A stretch of 64,000 nt of DNA from IMG/VR virus record IMGVR_UViG_3300020036_009553, positions 64,416 through 128,415 of that record. One strand, 5' to 3'. A program made the position numbers and the translations under genes. How positions within the stretch are numbered: position 1 is the first letter of the stretch; each line of letters opens with the position of its first letter. This DNA comes from a virus (taxonomy: Duplodnaviria; Caudoviricetes). The notes beneath the pieces were generated by a model. It was not told the DNA's origin and ran no database searches. It was given only the letters and a program-made list of their open reading frames with translations. Below are positions 8,067 through 17,770 of this stretch, piece after piece.

Positions 8067-8922
8067 GAATCTTGTACAACCATTTTCATTTGCGGACGCG
8101 AAGACAAAAGCTCTTCGTGATTTTGAATTTGATTATGATCGTACTCCATTTGAGCTGCAACCCCTTCCCACTCGTAGATTTGAGGTAGGAGAAAGCATTA
8201 TTGTTGGGCGGTTAGATCAATGTGTTGTTGAGGAAGTGCTGTTCGATGGAATGGCGTATCTATATTCTGCGATGTGGAAGGCACGGGAAACTGAGGAACC
8301 ATCGCGTGTGTGTCGCGTATCGTGGTGGTTTGAAATATTCAAAAAAGTGAATAATGATGGGGTTCCTTGCTTAATGACTCCATCATCTCGTCACCATCCT
8401 ACCTCGGGAGTACTTGGATCTATCATGCATTTTTTGCTGTGTGGTGGATTGGTGTGTGATCCTACGTACCAACGAGAATACGTATGGTCAGAAGCAGATA
8501 AAGATTCGTTAATTGAATCAATTTTTGATCGTGTTCCAATTGGATCAGTGTTGTTGGTTCGTCATGCTGGGTATAATCATTCGGGTGATCGCACTCTCCG
8601 AAAATATACAACCCTTGCTGGCATTGCAGTCACTGTTGAGGCAGGTAATGATTACACTATTTCAATCGTGGACGGTCAGCAACGATTGACGACGATTGTC
8701 GATTTCGTGATGGATAAACGTTCATTCAAAGGGCGATACTTTTCACAATTGAACATTAGAGACATTCGTGATTTTGATAATACTCCAATCACATATTGGC
8801 TGATCAAGGAAGAAGAAACAACCCAAAAAGAAATAATTAAATTGTTCTTGCAGTGTAACCGTGGGGTTTCTCAAACACCCGCACATTTGGAAAAAATTCG
8901 TGCACTATACGAAGAAATGTAA
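8053..8922 (+). CDS. DUF262 (GmrS/ParB-Srx fold) domain protein
   Basis: PTYQREYVWS, LIESI...PIG, IVDGQQRLTTI, F...NRG motifs. Confidence 0.85.
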   Translation: MAKRKNLVQPFSFADAKTKALRDFEFDYDRTPFELQPLPTRRFEVGESIIVGRLDQCVVEEVLFDGMAYLYSAMWKARETEEPSRVCRVSWWFEIFKKVNNDGVPCLMTPSSRHHPTSGVLGSIMHFLLCGGLVCDPTYQREYVWSEADKDSLIESIFDRVPIGSVLLVRHAGYNHSGDRTLRKYTTLAGIAVTVEAGNDYTISIVDGQQRLTTIVDFVMDKRSFKGRYFSQLNIRDIRDFDNTPITYWLIKEEETTQKEIIKLFLQCNRGVSQTPAHLEKIRALYEEM

Positions 8923-8924
8923 TT

Positions 8925-9251
8925 ATGTTAATTATTACTCGTGAGTTAGATGAAATTGTTGATTTGGTCAAAGCGAAGAAACTGCTTCAGTCTGTGACCC
9001 CTCCATATGTTCCAAAGAAATTTCAATCGTTGCCCGAAAATGAGTTGCTAGAACTATTGCTTGTTCAACTGATCAGCCGTGCTGGTGAGCGTGATATCGA
9101 TTTGTTGTCATATAATTTTCAAAACTTCGGTTGTGGCTGTATGGGTCCAATGAGTGGTGATACGTTTTGCGGATGTGAATTTTCTTCATTAGTGAAAGAA
9201 TACAAAGAAGGGTTGGCGCTGTTGTATTTGACCCGCCACGATCATGATTAA
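8925..9251 (+). CDS. hypothetical protein with CGCMGP...CGC putative metal site
   Basis: tight gene packing; Cys motif. Confidence 0.65.
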   Translation: MLIITRELDEIVDLVKAKKLLQSVTPPYVPKKFQSLPENELLELLLVQLISRAGERDIDLLSYNFQNFGCGCMGPMSGDTFCGCEFSSLVKEYKEGLALLYLTRHDHD

Positions 9252-9876
9252 GTATCCACGTACAGTCCACCTTCCATCATCTCCTGGTGCCACAAATGAT
9301 GATAAAATCATTCGTAACATGGATGCGTTTATTGGTGAAGAGATTGTCATTACGGAAAAGGTAGACGGGGAGAATACTACCATATATTCCAATGGGCGCT
9401 GTCATGCCAGAAGCATTGATTCTCGGTCTCATGAAAGTAGAAATTGGATTAAACAATTTGCTGCTTCCATTGCACATAACATTCCTGAAGATTGGAGGAT
9501 CTGTGGAGAGAATTTGTATGCTCAACATACCCTGCCGTACAATGATCTATTGAGTTACTTTTATGGGTTCTCTGTTTGGGATGAAAAGAACGACTGTATC
9601 AGTTGGGATAATACAACGTATGTATTTGGAGAAGTTGGTGTTATCGCAGTTCCAGTCCTATATCGCGGACCTTTTCAAATGTCATTGGTGACAGAGATAA
9701 TTAATGAATTAGATTTAACCACCCAAGAAGGGATAGTCATGCGAGTATCCCGAAGGTTCCCCTTTAGCGAATTTAGCAAGAGGGTAGCAAAATGGGTACG
9801 TAAAGATCACGTAATGACGGATGTACATTGGATGCACAAAGAAGTCACACCAAATAAATTAAGAAACACACTTTAA
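9244..9876 (+). CDS. RNA ligase family protein
   Basis: KYPRTxHLP.SPG, EKVDGEN adenylation motif, GENLYAQH, EGIV, KWVR. Confidence 0.9.
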   Translation: MIKYPRTVHLPSSPGATNDDKIIRNMDAFIGEEIVITEKVDGENTTIYSNGRCHARSIDSRSHESRNWIKQFAASIAHNIPEDWRICGENLYAQHTLPYNDLLSYFYGFSVWDEKNDCISWDNTTYVFGEVGVIAVPVLYRGPFQMSLVTEIINELDLTTQEGIVMRVSRRFPFSEFSKRVAKWVRKDHVMTDVHWMHKEVTPNKLRNTL

Positions 9877-9894
9877 TTTTTAGAGAGGTATATC

Positions 9895-10176
9895 ATGGAA
9901 GAAAAAACTGCTGCACTTACTCAATATCATTCATCAACAATTCTTACAGCAACAGCCGTCGTTAACATTTTGATGGATTGTACAGATAAGGTTGTTGAAA
10001 TTGTTACTTCTGATGGAATTGATCCAATATTTTTTGAAAAATACCCCATGTTGCTAAACTCAAACACTATTAATTATATTAGAGACAGGAGCGGATATTG
10101 TTGTGAGAGTATTTCATTTAGTGTGATATCTCGTGTAAAAGCGGCGACAGTTCGGTTGGTTCGGGTGGTAGCCTAA
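9895..10176 (+). CDS. hypothetical protein
   Basis: GAGG RBS. Confidence 0.6.
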   Translation: MEEKTAALTQYHSSTILTATAVVNILMDCTDKVVEIVTSDGIDPIFFEKYPMLLNSNTINYIRDRSGYCCESISFSVISRVKAATVRLVRVVA

Positions 10177-10652
10177 TGCGCACCGTTGATAAAAAATTGG
10201 CGGGTCAACTGTTCAGTCCTGGTACTGACCGGGAAGTAGATTTAACAGTGTATGTATACCAACGTCCCCACATGAGAGATGCTTCACTTGAGTTTGAACT
10301 ATATATGGGCCGAAAAGTACTTGATGGTATATTTGATGATTACCGCATGATGCCAGATGTGCGTGAGGTTACCTTGCCATTTCCAGAAAATTGGTTGAAT
10401 ATTATTGAGCAACGACTGTTGTATCGAAGATTGGGATATTATTGTCCAAATTTAAAAACTGTAATGATCAAGACTCAATCCGTGTATATCATACAATGCA
10501 CATGTGCTCAAAATTTAAAAATCATTCATTATGATAGCCCAACCCCTGATGAATCAAATGCCGATGGTACAATAAATTTAACAGGTAAAACTTGGCAACC
10601 AATGGTCGGCAATGTTGTTAATCTTGATGTGTTGAATCAAATGCACGTTTAA
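10176..10652 (+). CDS. hypothetical protein
   Basis: TAATG coupling. Confidence 0.7.
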   Translation: MRTVDKKLAGQLFSPGTDREVDLTVYVYQRPHMRDASLEFELYMGRKVLDGIFDDYRMMPDVREVTLPFPENWLNIIEQRLLYRRLGYYCPNLKTVMIKTQSVYIIQCTCAQNLKIIHYDSPTPDESNADGTINLTGKTWQPMVGNVVNLDVLNQMHV

Positions 10653-10662
10653 TGAAAATATG

Positions 10663-10691
10663 TTGATATTTCTCTTAGTATAGGGGATAAT
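10663..10691 (+). promoter_or_regulatory. sigma70-type promoter
   Basis: TTGATA-N17-GATAAT. Confidence 0.55.
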
Positions 10692-10748
10692 TTTCCTGTT
10701 ATAAATCTATTCACCTGTTAATTCATTTACCTGCAAGAGGTATAAATC

Positions 10749-11174
10749 ATGTCGTCACCTACTGTCTCTGCAACACCCATTTCTCCTATGAACGCATTTC
10801 ACAACTCGTTCCCACCTTTTCCCGATGAAATTATTCAAGTTGCAAATCAATTGATTAGTGATAACTTGACTTTGGAAGGTCATTACATAGTTGCAAAATT
10901 TTCTCGTGGAGAATTTCTGCGTAAATCAGTAGAAGCCATTATAAAGTGGAGAGGGTTGTCTTTAAACCAGCCGAACCTTGTTGCCCTTATCGAAGATGAA
11001 ATTAAATCCAAGAAATGGTTAGATATTGCTCCGATGTTTCAGGCCATTGCGTGGGTCGTGAGAATTGTAACTGTGGGAGAGGATCACAGGTATGAATTTG
11101 AGGCTAAATTACCAACGACTGTGATTTCTCGCGCAGTCAGTCTTGCCCCACACATCCCCCCACAAGGCGAATAA
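10749..11174 (+). CDS. hypothetical protein, paralog family B
   Basis: PDEII...N.LI and WLDIAPMF..IAW.V resemble the next gene. Confidence 0.7.
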   Translation: MSSPTVSATPISPMNAFHNSFPPFPDEIIQVANQLISDNLTLEGHYIVAKFSRGEFLRKSVEAIIKWRGLSLNQPNLVALIEDEIKSKKWLDIAPMFQAIAWVVRIVTVGEDHRYEFEAKLPTTVISRAVSLAPHIPPQGE

Positions 11175-11176
11175 TC

Positions 11177-11473
11177 ATGCCCATCACACCTCAAGAAGCA
11201 TGCGAGCGAAAACTCAAATCCATCCCCGAAGAAGTGTACGAAGCATTTGATGAGTGCATTGTGGCTCATCTAACGCTAGGTGGGCGTTCTAGTTTTACAT
11301 TTGATGAGGTGATTGACCGCATCGTGTACAAATATGACATAAAGGGGGTGGCTGTGGCCCGCAACGACATTTATAATCATAATTGGCTCGATGTTGAGCC
11401 CGTCTACCGACACATCGGCTGGAAAGTAACATGTGAAGGTTCTGGTTTTATTTTTCATACTAATAAAGGCTAA
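11177..11473 (+). CDS. hypothetical protein, paralog family B
   Basis: PEEVY...D.CI and WLDVEPVY..IGWKV. Confidence 0.75.
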   Translation: MPITPQEACERKLKSIPEEVYEAFDECIVAHLTLGGRSSFTFDEVIDRIVYKYDIKGVAVARNDIYNHNWLDVEPVYRHIGWKVTCEGSGFIFHTNKG

Positions 11474-11485
11474 AAAGGGTAATTT

Positions 11486-12448
11486 ATGGATATTCATTAC
11501 GGAAGAAAACGGTCCGGCATCATCAGGGAATTGGATGCCAAGATTAATGATTGGTTGGATTCGATCACAGACGAAGAGGTGCAAAAACTGGCAAGACGGG
11601 ATGTTATTGTTACAGGTGGGAGCATTGCATCAATGTTAATGGGTGATGCGGTTAATGACTATGACCTGTATTTTACCGAAAGGGATACAGCAATAGCTGT
11701 TGCTAAATATTATGTGGATAAGTTCAATGCAGCAAGAGTAGCAAAAGTGGCTGCTGGTGCTGCGCCTGATGAAGTAGAAGCTATTCCATATGTGAAGATT
11801 ACTCCTGATGTACCAAACGTCAAAGGTGATTTGGAGGAACGAATCACGATTTATATAAAATCAGCAGGTGTGGCGGGAGAAAGCCAAGATCCATATACTT
11901 ATTTTGAAGAACATCCTGGGCAAGAAGCAGAGCAATTTGCTGAATCATTGATTCATGATGTTGGTACCGATAAGGGGGAAAAGTATCGGCCTGTGTTCTT
12001 ATCACAAAATGCAATCACACTTTCTAATAAAGTTCAAATTATTATTCGGTTTTTTGGATCTCCCAAAGAGATTCATGATAATTATGATTTTGTTCATGCT
12101 ATGTGTTATTATGATTTTGCGGCCAAGAATTTAGTCTTGCCTGCTGAAGCGTTGGAATCAATGCTTAGTCGTACGCTTGTGTACAAGGGTAGCTTGTATC
12201 CTGTCGCTAGTATTTTTCGCATGAAAAAATTCATTGAGCGCGGGTGGAGGATTACAGCAGGGCAACAACTCAAAATCATGTGGCAAATTAGTGAGATTGA
12301 TCTAACTAACGCTGTTATCTTCACGGAGCAGCTAACAGGAGTGGACCAAGCGTATATGTATCAATTAATTCAAGCGCTGGCTGGCGTTGATCCTGAACGA
12401 ATCAATAGTGCATATGTGTCTACCATTATTGATAGGATTTTTGATTAG
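11486..12448 (+). CDS. nucleotidyltransferase (Pol-beta / polyA-polymerase head-like)
   Basis: VTGGSIAS...NDYDLYF motif; later YDF.H. Confidence 0.75.
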   Translation: MDIHYGRKRSGIIRELDAKINDWLDSITDEEVQKLARRDVIVTGGSIASMLMGDAVNDYDLYFTERDTAIAVAKYYVDKFNAARVAKVAAGAAPDEVEAIPYVKITPDVPNVKGDLEERITIYIKSAGVAGESQDPYTYFEEHPGQEAEQFAESLIHDVGTDKGEKYRPVFLSQNAITLSNKVQIIIRFFGSPKEIHDNYDFVHAMCYYDFAAKNLVLPAEALESMLSRTLVYKGSLYPVASIFRMKKFIERGWRITAGQQLKIMWQISEIDLTNAVIFTEQLTGVDQAYMYQLIQALAGVDPERINSAYVSTIIDRIFD

Positions 12449-12810
12449 TGAAAACACATGCCTCCTTTGTTAAAGTACTGGACCACCGAGGTACATACGG
12501 CAAGGGGGTTAGTGATTTTGTTTGTTATGTAAATTGGAGACGACAAGATGGTGATTTATCATCTCGTACTGCGTTAATGTCGTTTTGGGAATCTGAGCAT
12601 TTGACATTATTGTTACGATGTGGGGTATCAGTGCTACACGCGTGTCGTTATCATCATGGATGCTATGATATGGTCGTACTATATCTTCGGCGCATGCCCC
12701 CGTTGGTAACCAGATACGGCACCCACCAGCACACCACCTCGCCCACTCAGATTGAACGTGCTATTATGAATAGTTTGTCTTCAGCAGCAAGTTTCATGAA
12801 TAAGATGTGA
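12448..12810 (+). CDS. hypothetical protein, paralog family C
   Basis: HRGTY...FVCYVNWRR...G.Y..VVLYL. Confidence 0.65.
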   Translation: MKTHASFVKVLDHRGTYGKGVSDFVCYVNWRRQDGDLSSRTALMSFWESEHLTLLLRCGVSVLHACRYHHGCYDMVVLYLRRMPPLVTRYGTHQHTTSPTQIERAIMNSLSSAASFMNKM

Positions 12811-12822
12811 TTCAAGCTATGT

Positions 12823-13191
12823 TTATGATTGATCATAAATTCCATTGCGTTTCAAGTCTTCTTTAATAAGCGCATCAAAGTTATGCTTGATGTCTTCACA
12901 TCGCGGTGGTGTGATGTTTTTCAGCACCCCCAGATATAATACAAAGACCATATATTGTCCACGATCGTTCCCCTCCTGGTGAATTATCTCTAATTGGTAA
13001 AAACCTACTATAGCATCAATGGCGTCATACACAGCATCTTCCATTAGGGTATGGTGGTCAGGCCATTTTTTCCAGGTGATGTAGCAGACATATTCGCTAG
13101 TTTCTCCATGATATGTGCCAACATGATTTTTAATTTTAAAGTTGGGAATCTCAGGTATTTTATAGGTTGTTGATAGAGGATTGTTTTTCAT
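12823..13191 (-). CDS. hypothetical protein, paralog family C (start moved to ATG 13191)
   Basis: HVGTY...YVCYITWKK...GQY..FVLYL. Confidence 0.65.
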   Translation of the reverse strand: MKNNPLSTTYKIPEIPNFKIKNHVGTYHGETSEYVCYITWKKWPDHHTLMEDAVYDAIDAIVGFYQLEIIHQEGNDRGQYMVFVLYLGVLKNITPPRCEDIKHNFDALIKEDLKRNGIYDQS

Positions 13192-13195
13192 AGAG

Positions 13196-13678
13196 TTAAT
13201 ATTGTCGTGAATACATTGATCGTTGATGGGCGGCATCTTGTTGGGCTGCTGCGTCAGCTTTTGCTCTGGCTTGTTTTAACACTTCTGTTGCCATATCCAA
13301 ACACTCGTCCAATGTTGATCGAAGAGTAGTTACCATTTCAGGAACGTTATCACTAGCATTTTTAAATTGAAGATATTCAAATCCAAATAACCAAGCGCCG
13401 TGCTCCTGGGAATCATTATTGACCAAAACTATATTCGGCAATTCTTTAAAAAATCTATTAAAACAACGCTCTAACATTAAATCAGCCCACTCATTGTTAG
13501 ATGGAGCTCTCCATTTTATTATAAATGTATATGAATCATCCCACCCACTAGGTAATGTTCCTGGATGGTATCGAACACTGAAGACAATTGGAGCTGGCAA
13601 GAATTCTTCTATATCGGAGGCATCATCGGATGAATAATAAGTTTCTTTTATTACGGGTTTTATAAGTTGTAACTTCAT
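13196..13678 (-). CDS. hypothetical protein, divergent member of family C
   Basis: HPGTL...YTFIIKWRA...GAW..GFEYL; GAGG RBS. Confidence 0.65.
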   Translation of the reverse strand: MKLQLIKPVIKETYYSSDDASDIEEFLPAPIVFSVRYHPGTLPSGWDDSYTFIIKWRAPSNNEWADLMLERCFNRFFKELPNIVLVNNDSQEHGAWLFGFEYLQFKNASDNVPEMVTTLRSTLDECLDMATEVLKQARAKADAAAQQDAAHQRSMYSRQY

Positions 13679-13708
13679 TGTTGGTTGCCCTCAGGGGATA
13701 AAAAATCG

Positions 13709-13737
13709 TTGACCCAATCAAAAATTCGGTGTATACT
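13709..13737 (+). promoter_or_regulatory. sigma70-type promoter
   Basis: TTGACC-N17-TATACT. Confidence 0.7.
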
Positions 13738-13773
13738 AATATTTATCAAATTAATTCATGTGAGGAAAATTTA

Positions 13774-13974
13774 ATGAGCGAAAAATCCCAACCAGTCTCT
13801 GTTCCACCTTCCTTGGTACTGTTTGACACAAAAACTAATTTATATTCGCATTTCATTGGAAAAACCAAAACGTGCGAAATTCGTGCATCGTGGCCAATGG
13901 ACGCAGAAATGTTAGAGGAGTTTCGCGTGAACCCATTGGCATTACTTGGTGAAGATGGAGATCAACTAGCATGA
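13774..13974 (+). CDS. hypothetical protein (start moved to ATG 13774)
   Basis: GAGG RBS. Confidence 0.6.
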   Translation: MSEKSQPVSVPPSLVLFDTKTNLYSHFIGKTKTCEIRASWPMDAEMLEEFRVNPLALLGEDGDQLA

Positions 13975-14429
13975 AAATCAATAAAAACTCATGGCATTGG
14001 CGGCTTGCAACGGTATATTCCACCCTTCATCCGCATCAATATCGTGGATATCACGGACGGTGTCTTTTAAACATGTGTGAGTACGTGTCATACGTATTGA
14101 GTGGAGCTGTTGTAGCCATGATATTTGGTATTATCGGTGCAACAATTGGATTAATGATAGTGTGTTCCGGGATGTGGTGGTGGTTCTTTTTGTACTATGG
14201 GTTGGTAATTCCTATTGCTATGCACGAAGGAATAGTAGGAGGGTTTGCTGGGATGGGGATGATAATTGTTTGTGGAATAATTGTTTTTTTGTTAATGATG
14301 CTTTGTAGGTTGTGGTACCTTTCAATGAAGAAAAAGATTACCACAGGTTCGTTGCAACCATCTTTCATTGGCCATGTTATTGCTGGTTGGCGTAATAAAG
14401 TATGTACAACTGTGGAGTTTGATGATTAA
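13971..14429 (+). CDS. membrane protein
   Basis: MKINKNSWH N-terminus, two long hydrophobic segments. Confidence 0.75.
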   Translation: MKINKNSWHWRLATVYSTLHPHQYRGYHGRCLLNMCEYVSYVLSGAVVAMIFGIIGATIGLMIVCSGMWWWFFLYYGLVIPIAMHEGIVGGFAGMGMIIVCGIIVFLLMMLCRLWYLSMKKKITTGSLQPSFIGHVIAGWRNKVCTTVEFDD

Positions 14430-14813
14430 ATGAATATATCACATGAACGAGTGGTTGAAGAAATGACATCCGCTGTCCTTGCTTTTCTAAATGGACGCCT
14501 TCGAAACCAATGGCTTACTGATAGTAATGGTATAGTTGATTTGTACGTCCGTAAAGGCGTCCATGCTGTTAACGGACAATTATTGCACACTTTTGATATT
14601 GCTAGCATGACGATTCACGCGGATCATAGAAACAAATCAATTGGACAACGCATCATAGATAACATCCACAATCAACACGATCGAGAGGCAACATACATTG
14701 AAAGCCTGTTAAATCCACGATTTTATGCTCATTTACTTGACGAAAAATGGATTGATGTTACAAATACTGACCCACCGTGTGTTATTAAATTTAAGCAACA
14801 GTGGGAAAAATAG
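14430..14813 (+). CDS. GNAT-like acetyltransferase
   Basis: HRNKSIG acetyl-CoA-type motif, IES.LNP. Confidence 0.55.
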   Translation: MNISHERVVEEMTSAVLAFLNGRLRNQWLTDSNGIVDLYVRKGVHAVNGQLLHTFDIASMTIHADHRNKSIGQRIIDNIHNQHDREATYIESLLNPRFYAHLLDEKWIDVTNTDPPCVIKFKQQWEK

Positions 14814-14851
14814 GATAAATACCCACATCAAAGGTCGCGGTGGAGTATTCT

Positions 14852-15622
14852 ATGTTCAAGAAACATCTGGGAGTATCATTATTAGTTGTGATTATTACGT
14901 TGGTAGCGTTATTATTACCAATCGTCTCCGCAGTGTATTTTAGTTACCACAATAGTCTTCACGACCGCAGAGGACAAGCTGAAAGTATGGTTAATACAGC
15001 GATCCATATTATTAATCATCAATATCTTCATTACACAAGAGGAGATAAGACCGAGGGACAAGCACAAAAAGATGCCATCGAATTGATCCAATTGCTTCGA
15101 TTTGGAGATAATGATTATGTGTGGATAATACGGGAAATTGATGTTGTAATGCTAATGCACCCCGATGAGAGATTGGTTAACACCAATGTGAATAATCTCT
15201 CAGATGAGAATGGAACGCGTGTTTACCAAGCAATGCAGGATGCAGTGTTTCCACTTGGGTTTGGGTATATGAGTTATTGGTGGCCTAAACCAGATCATAT
15301 GGATGGCCTCTCACACGAAAAGATATCTTATATTAGACGATCTTCTAAGTGGGGATGGATAATCGGAGCAGGAATTTACACAGATGATATACTGTTTACA
15401 ATATGGCAAAGTAAATTTAGGTATTTTATATTGTTTAACATATCTGTCACCATAATAATTATTTGTTTGTATGTACATAGTAAGTTGATAGTTCAACTAT
15501 CCGTTCGGTCTTCCAGCCGCCGTTTTAATGATGAACAATTATCGAAAGAGGTTCAAAATGACAACCCCACCCTCCTCCCAGAAAAGCTCCCCTCCCCTCC
15601 CCGTATGGATGCATTATTGTAA
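14852..15622 (+). CDS. membrane protein with a single Cache-2 sensor domain and no output domain
   Basis: TM - AQKDA...LRF...YVWI...MLMHP...D.NG...YWWPKP...KISY...WGWIIGAGIYTDD - TM. Confidence 0.85.
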   Translation: MFKKHLGVSLLVVIITLVALLLPIVSAVYFSYHNSLHDRRGQAESMVNTAIHIINHQYLHYTRGDKTEGQAQKDAIELIQLLRFGDNDYVWIIREIDVVMLMHPDERLVNTNVNNLSDENGTRVYQAMQDAVFPLGFGYMSYWWPKPDHMDGLSHEKISYIRRSSKWGWIIGAGIYTDDILFTIWQSKFRYFILFNISVTIIIICLYVHSKLIVQLSVRSSSRRFNDEQLSKEVQNDNPTLLPEKLPSPPRMDALL

Positions 15623-15788
15623 GTGCAATCGTTTGCAAGATGCCATTGCATTCATTCAACATAAAGCTGAAAGTGGGTGGAATGTGATGGTTCAACCGTT
15701 TGTAACTAAACAAGATATGTTGGATCTTGGTCATGATATGACTATGCCAATTCCCACTGAATGGACTTTCATCATCTTTAAATTATAA
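15558..15788 (+). CDS. hypothetical protein
   Basis: GAGG RBS; overlaps the end of the Cache gene. Confidence 0.45.
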   Translation: MTTPPSSQKSSPPLPVWMHYCKCNRLQDAIAFIQHKAESGWNVMVQPFVTKQDMLDLGHDMTMPIPTEWTFIIFKL

Positions 15789-15800
15789 AGAAAGAATATC

Positions 15801-16403
15801 ATGCAGCATTTTGAAAAATTACGGTTAGCTCTTCGATATTATTTATTGGGGAAAGAATATTATGTAGCTCTGTCTGCATTAGATTATGGTGCTCAATATC
15901 ATACAGGAGTCCGAAAAAATGGTATTACTCCAGAGTATCAACATCAAATTGAAATTGCCCAATACGTAAGAACGTTATCGTTGATTTATCCCGAAACAGC
16001 CATAGCAGTGGCTCTTTTACACGACGTTACTGAAGATTATGATGTGACTGTGAGAGATTTGTCAACAAATTTTGGGTATGATATTGCTGAAGCGTGCGAA
16101 TTGTTAAATAAAAATGATAAGACAACTGAAGAATATTATAGAGGATGTGCCGAACATCCCACCGCGTCTATAGTCAAAGGTGGCGATCGTATCCATAACA
16201 TTCAAACTATGATAGGTGTGTTCACTCCTGACAAACAACGCCGGTACATTGATGATGTTAGAACACATATTCTGCCAATGATAAAAAAAGCAAAACGAGC
16301 ATTCCCTCAACAAGAGTCAGCATATGAGAATATAAAACACATGCTGGTTAGTCAAATTGAATTATTAGAGCATATTTTGAAAGTACCCCATGACACGAAG
16401 TAG
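15801..16403 (+). CDS. HD-domain hydrolase, RelA/SpoT-HD (Mesh1-like)
   Basis: H.G.RK.G.TPE..H, ALLHDVTED, VK..DRIHN. Confidence 0.85.
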   Translation: MQHFEKLRLALRYYLLGKEYYVALSALDYGAQYHTGVRKNGITPEYQHQIEIAQYVRTLSLIYPETAIAVALLHDVTEDYDVTVRDLSTNFGYDIAEACELLNKNDKTTEEYYRGCAEHPTASIVKGGDRIHNIQTMIGVFTPDKQRRYIDDVRTHILPMIKKAKRAFPQQESAYENIKHMLVSQIELLEHILKVPHDTK

Positions 16404-17250
16404 ATATTGGTCAAACAGCGATTTCGCTAAAAAAATAACAGACACATTTGGTGGGAAGCGCAAACCAACGGCAGCAACCATGAGCGAATGGGACAAATGG
16501 CATAAAGAAGCGCAACGGCAAGCACCCTTTGTGTATTGGTTCACAGAGAAATTTCTTGACCAGGTGCAGAGCTGGGTGTGTTATCCAACAGATAAGTTAT
16601 CAGATTTCCGTTATTATTTGCGCAATCGGTTTGTTGACAAGACGCATTATTGTAAAACTGGTCTACCTCCGGGGAAATATAATGACACAGGAACTCGCAT
16701 ATTTCATGGCATGTTTAATGAACTTGTAGATTTTGTTGAAATTGATAAAGCCCACCAACAGGAAATATGGGGGGGGGACACAGACGAGTTCAACGCTCCA
16801 AAGCGTAAAGGGCTTTTTATGAAATGGTGGTTTCATTGGTCACGGTGGAGATGCCCAGCCGCTGGCATTGCGTATTTAACGTGGGAATCTACATTGGTGA
16901 GCGATTCCTCCATGGGTGCGTCAATCAGCAAGGTTGTCCTTGACCCATCGTCGCAAGACGTGCAGTCAATAGAGCCGTCAATTCAGGCGATAGAAGCTAG
17001 GGAAATTCTTGATCTGTACACCTGGTGGACACAAATCCGCCCATTACGAATTGATCCATATGATGCGTCTGGTTGGTCAGAGTTGTGTAAACAATATCCG
17101 AGCTTTGATTTTGATAATGAAACACCTGAAATACGTGACCAAAAAAGCACATCCATTGATGCCTTGCATAAATTGGAAAAACAATATGATGATGAGGACA
17201 TTGAAATGATGATTAGGTTAGTAAAAATCCATCAGCGGCTCTGGGTATAA
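16390..17250 (+). CDS. conserved phage hypothetical protein (Trp-rich)
   Basis: long ORF in operon context. Confidence 0.75.
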   Translation: MTRSRYWSNSDFAKKITDTFGGKRKPTAATMSEWDKWHKEAQRQAPFVYWFTEKFLDQVQSWVCYPTDKLSDFRYYLRNRFVDKTHYCKTGLPPGKYNDTGTRIFHGMFNELVDFVEIDKAHQQEIWGGDTDEFNAPKRKGLFMKWWFHWSRWRCPAAGIAYLTWESTLVSDSSMGASISKVVLDPSSQDVQSIEPSIQAIEAREILDLYTWWTQIRPLRIDPYDASGWSELCKQYPSFDFDNETPEIRDQKSTSIDALHKLEKQYDDEDIEMMIRLVKIHQRLWV

Positions 17251-17256
17251 TACTTG

Positions 17257-17285
17257 TTGTCTTTTACATAATCCCGTAGTATAAT
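17257..17285 (+). promoter_or_regulatory. sigma70-type promoter of the 17.3-20.8 kb operon
   Basis: TTGTCT-N17-TATAAT. Confidence 0.7.
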
Positions 17286-17310
17286 AAACGCTTCAATAGG
17301 AGATTTTTTT

Positions 17311-17754
17311 ATGCGCGCTTATTTTTTTACTAATATGTATCTATCCTCAATTCAACAAGGAATTCAACCACTGCACTGCATTGTTGAAATGATGGCAACC
17401 GCTTGGCCTAATCATATACGAGATATTTTATACGATTGGGCTTTTAACCATAAGACTGTTATTTGTTTAAATGGTGGAGCTACAGGCAACGTATGTGAGA
17501 TTTATGACCGCGTTAAACTTCTCGGCAAAAGACTAGACCTCCCGTTTGGATCCTTCAACGAGGATGAATACTCACTATCTGGCATAAAAACAACTTGTGG
17601 AATTATAGTTCCAAGCGTCATTTACGAATTGGCACAAGACCTGCGGTCGAATAGGTGGTTAACTAAGGACGGAGACCGAAGTATAATGGAGGCATATAGC
17701 TCCGATGAAATCGCATTAGCCAAACTTCTAAACGAATGTTCACTGGCACATTAA
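17311..17754 (+). CDS. peptidyl-tRNA hydrolase II-like protein
   Basis: LSSIQQGIQ..H, W...HKTVICL, F.EDE..L.G..T pattern. Confidence 0.6.
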   Translation: MRAYFFTNMYLSSIQQGIQPLHCIVEMMATAWPNHIRDILYDWAFNHKTVICLNGGATGNVCEIYDRVKLLGKRLDLPFGSFNEDEYSLSGIKTTCGIIVPSVIYELAQDLRSNRWLTKDGDRSIMEAYSSDEIALAKLLNECSLAH

Positions 17755-17770
17755 TTTTTAAGGAATATAA

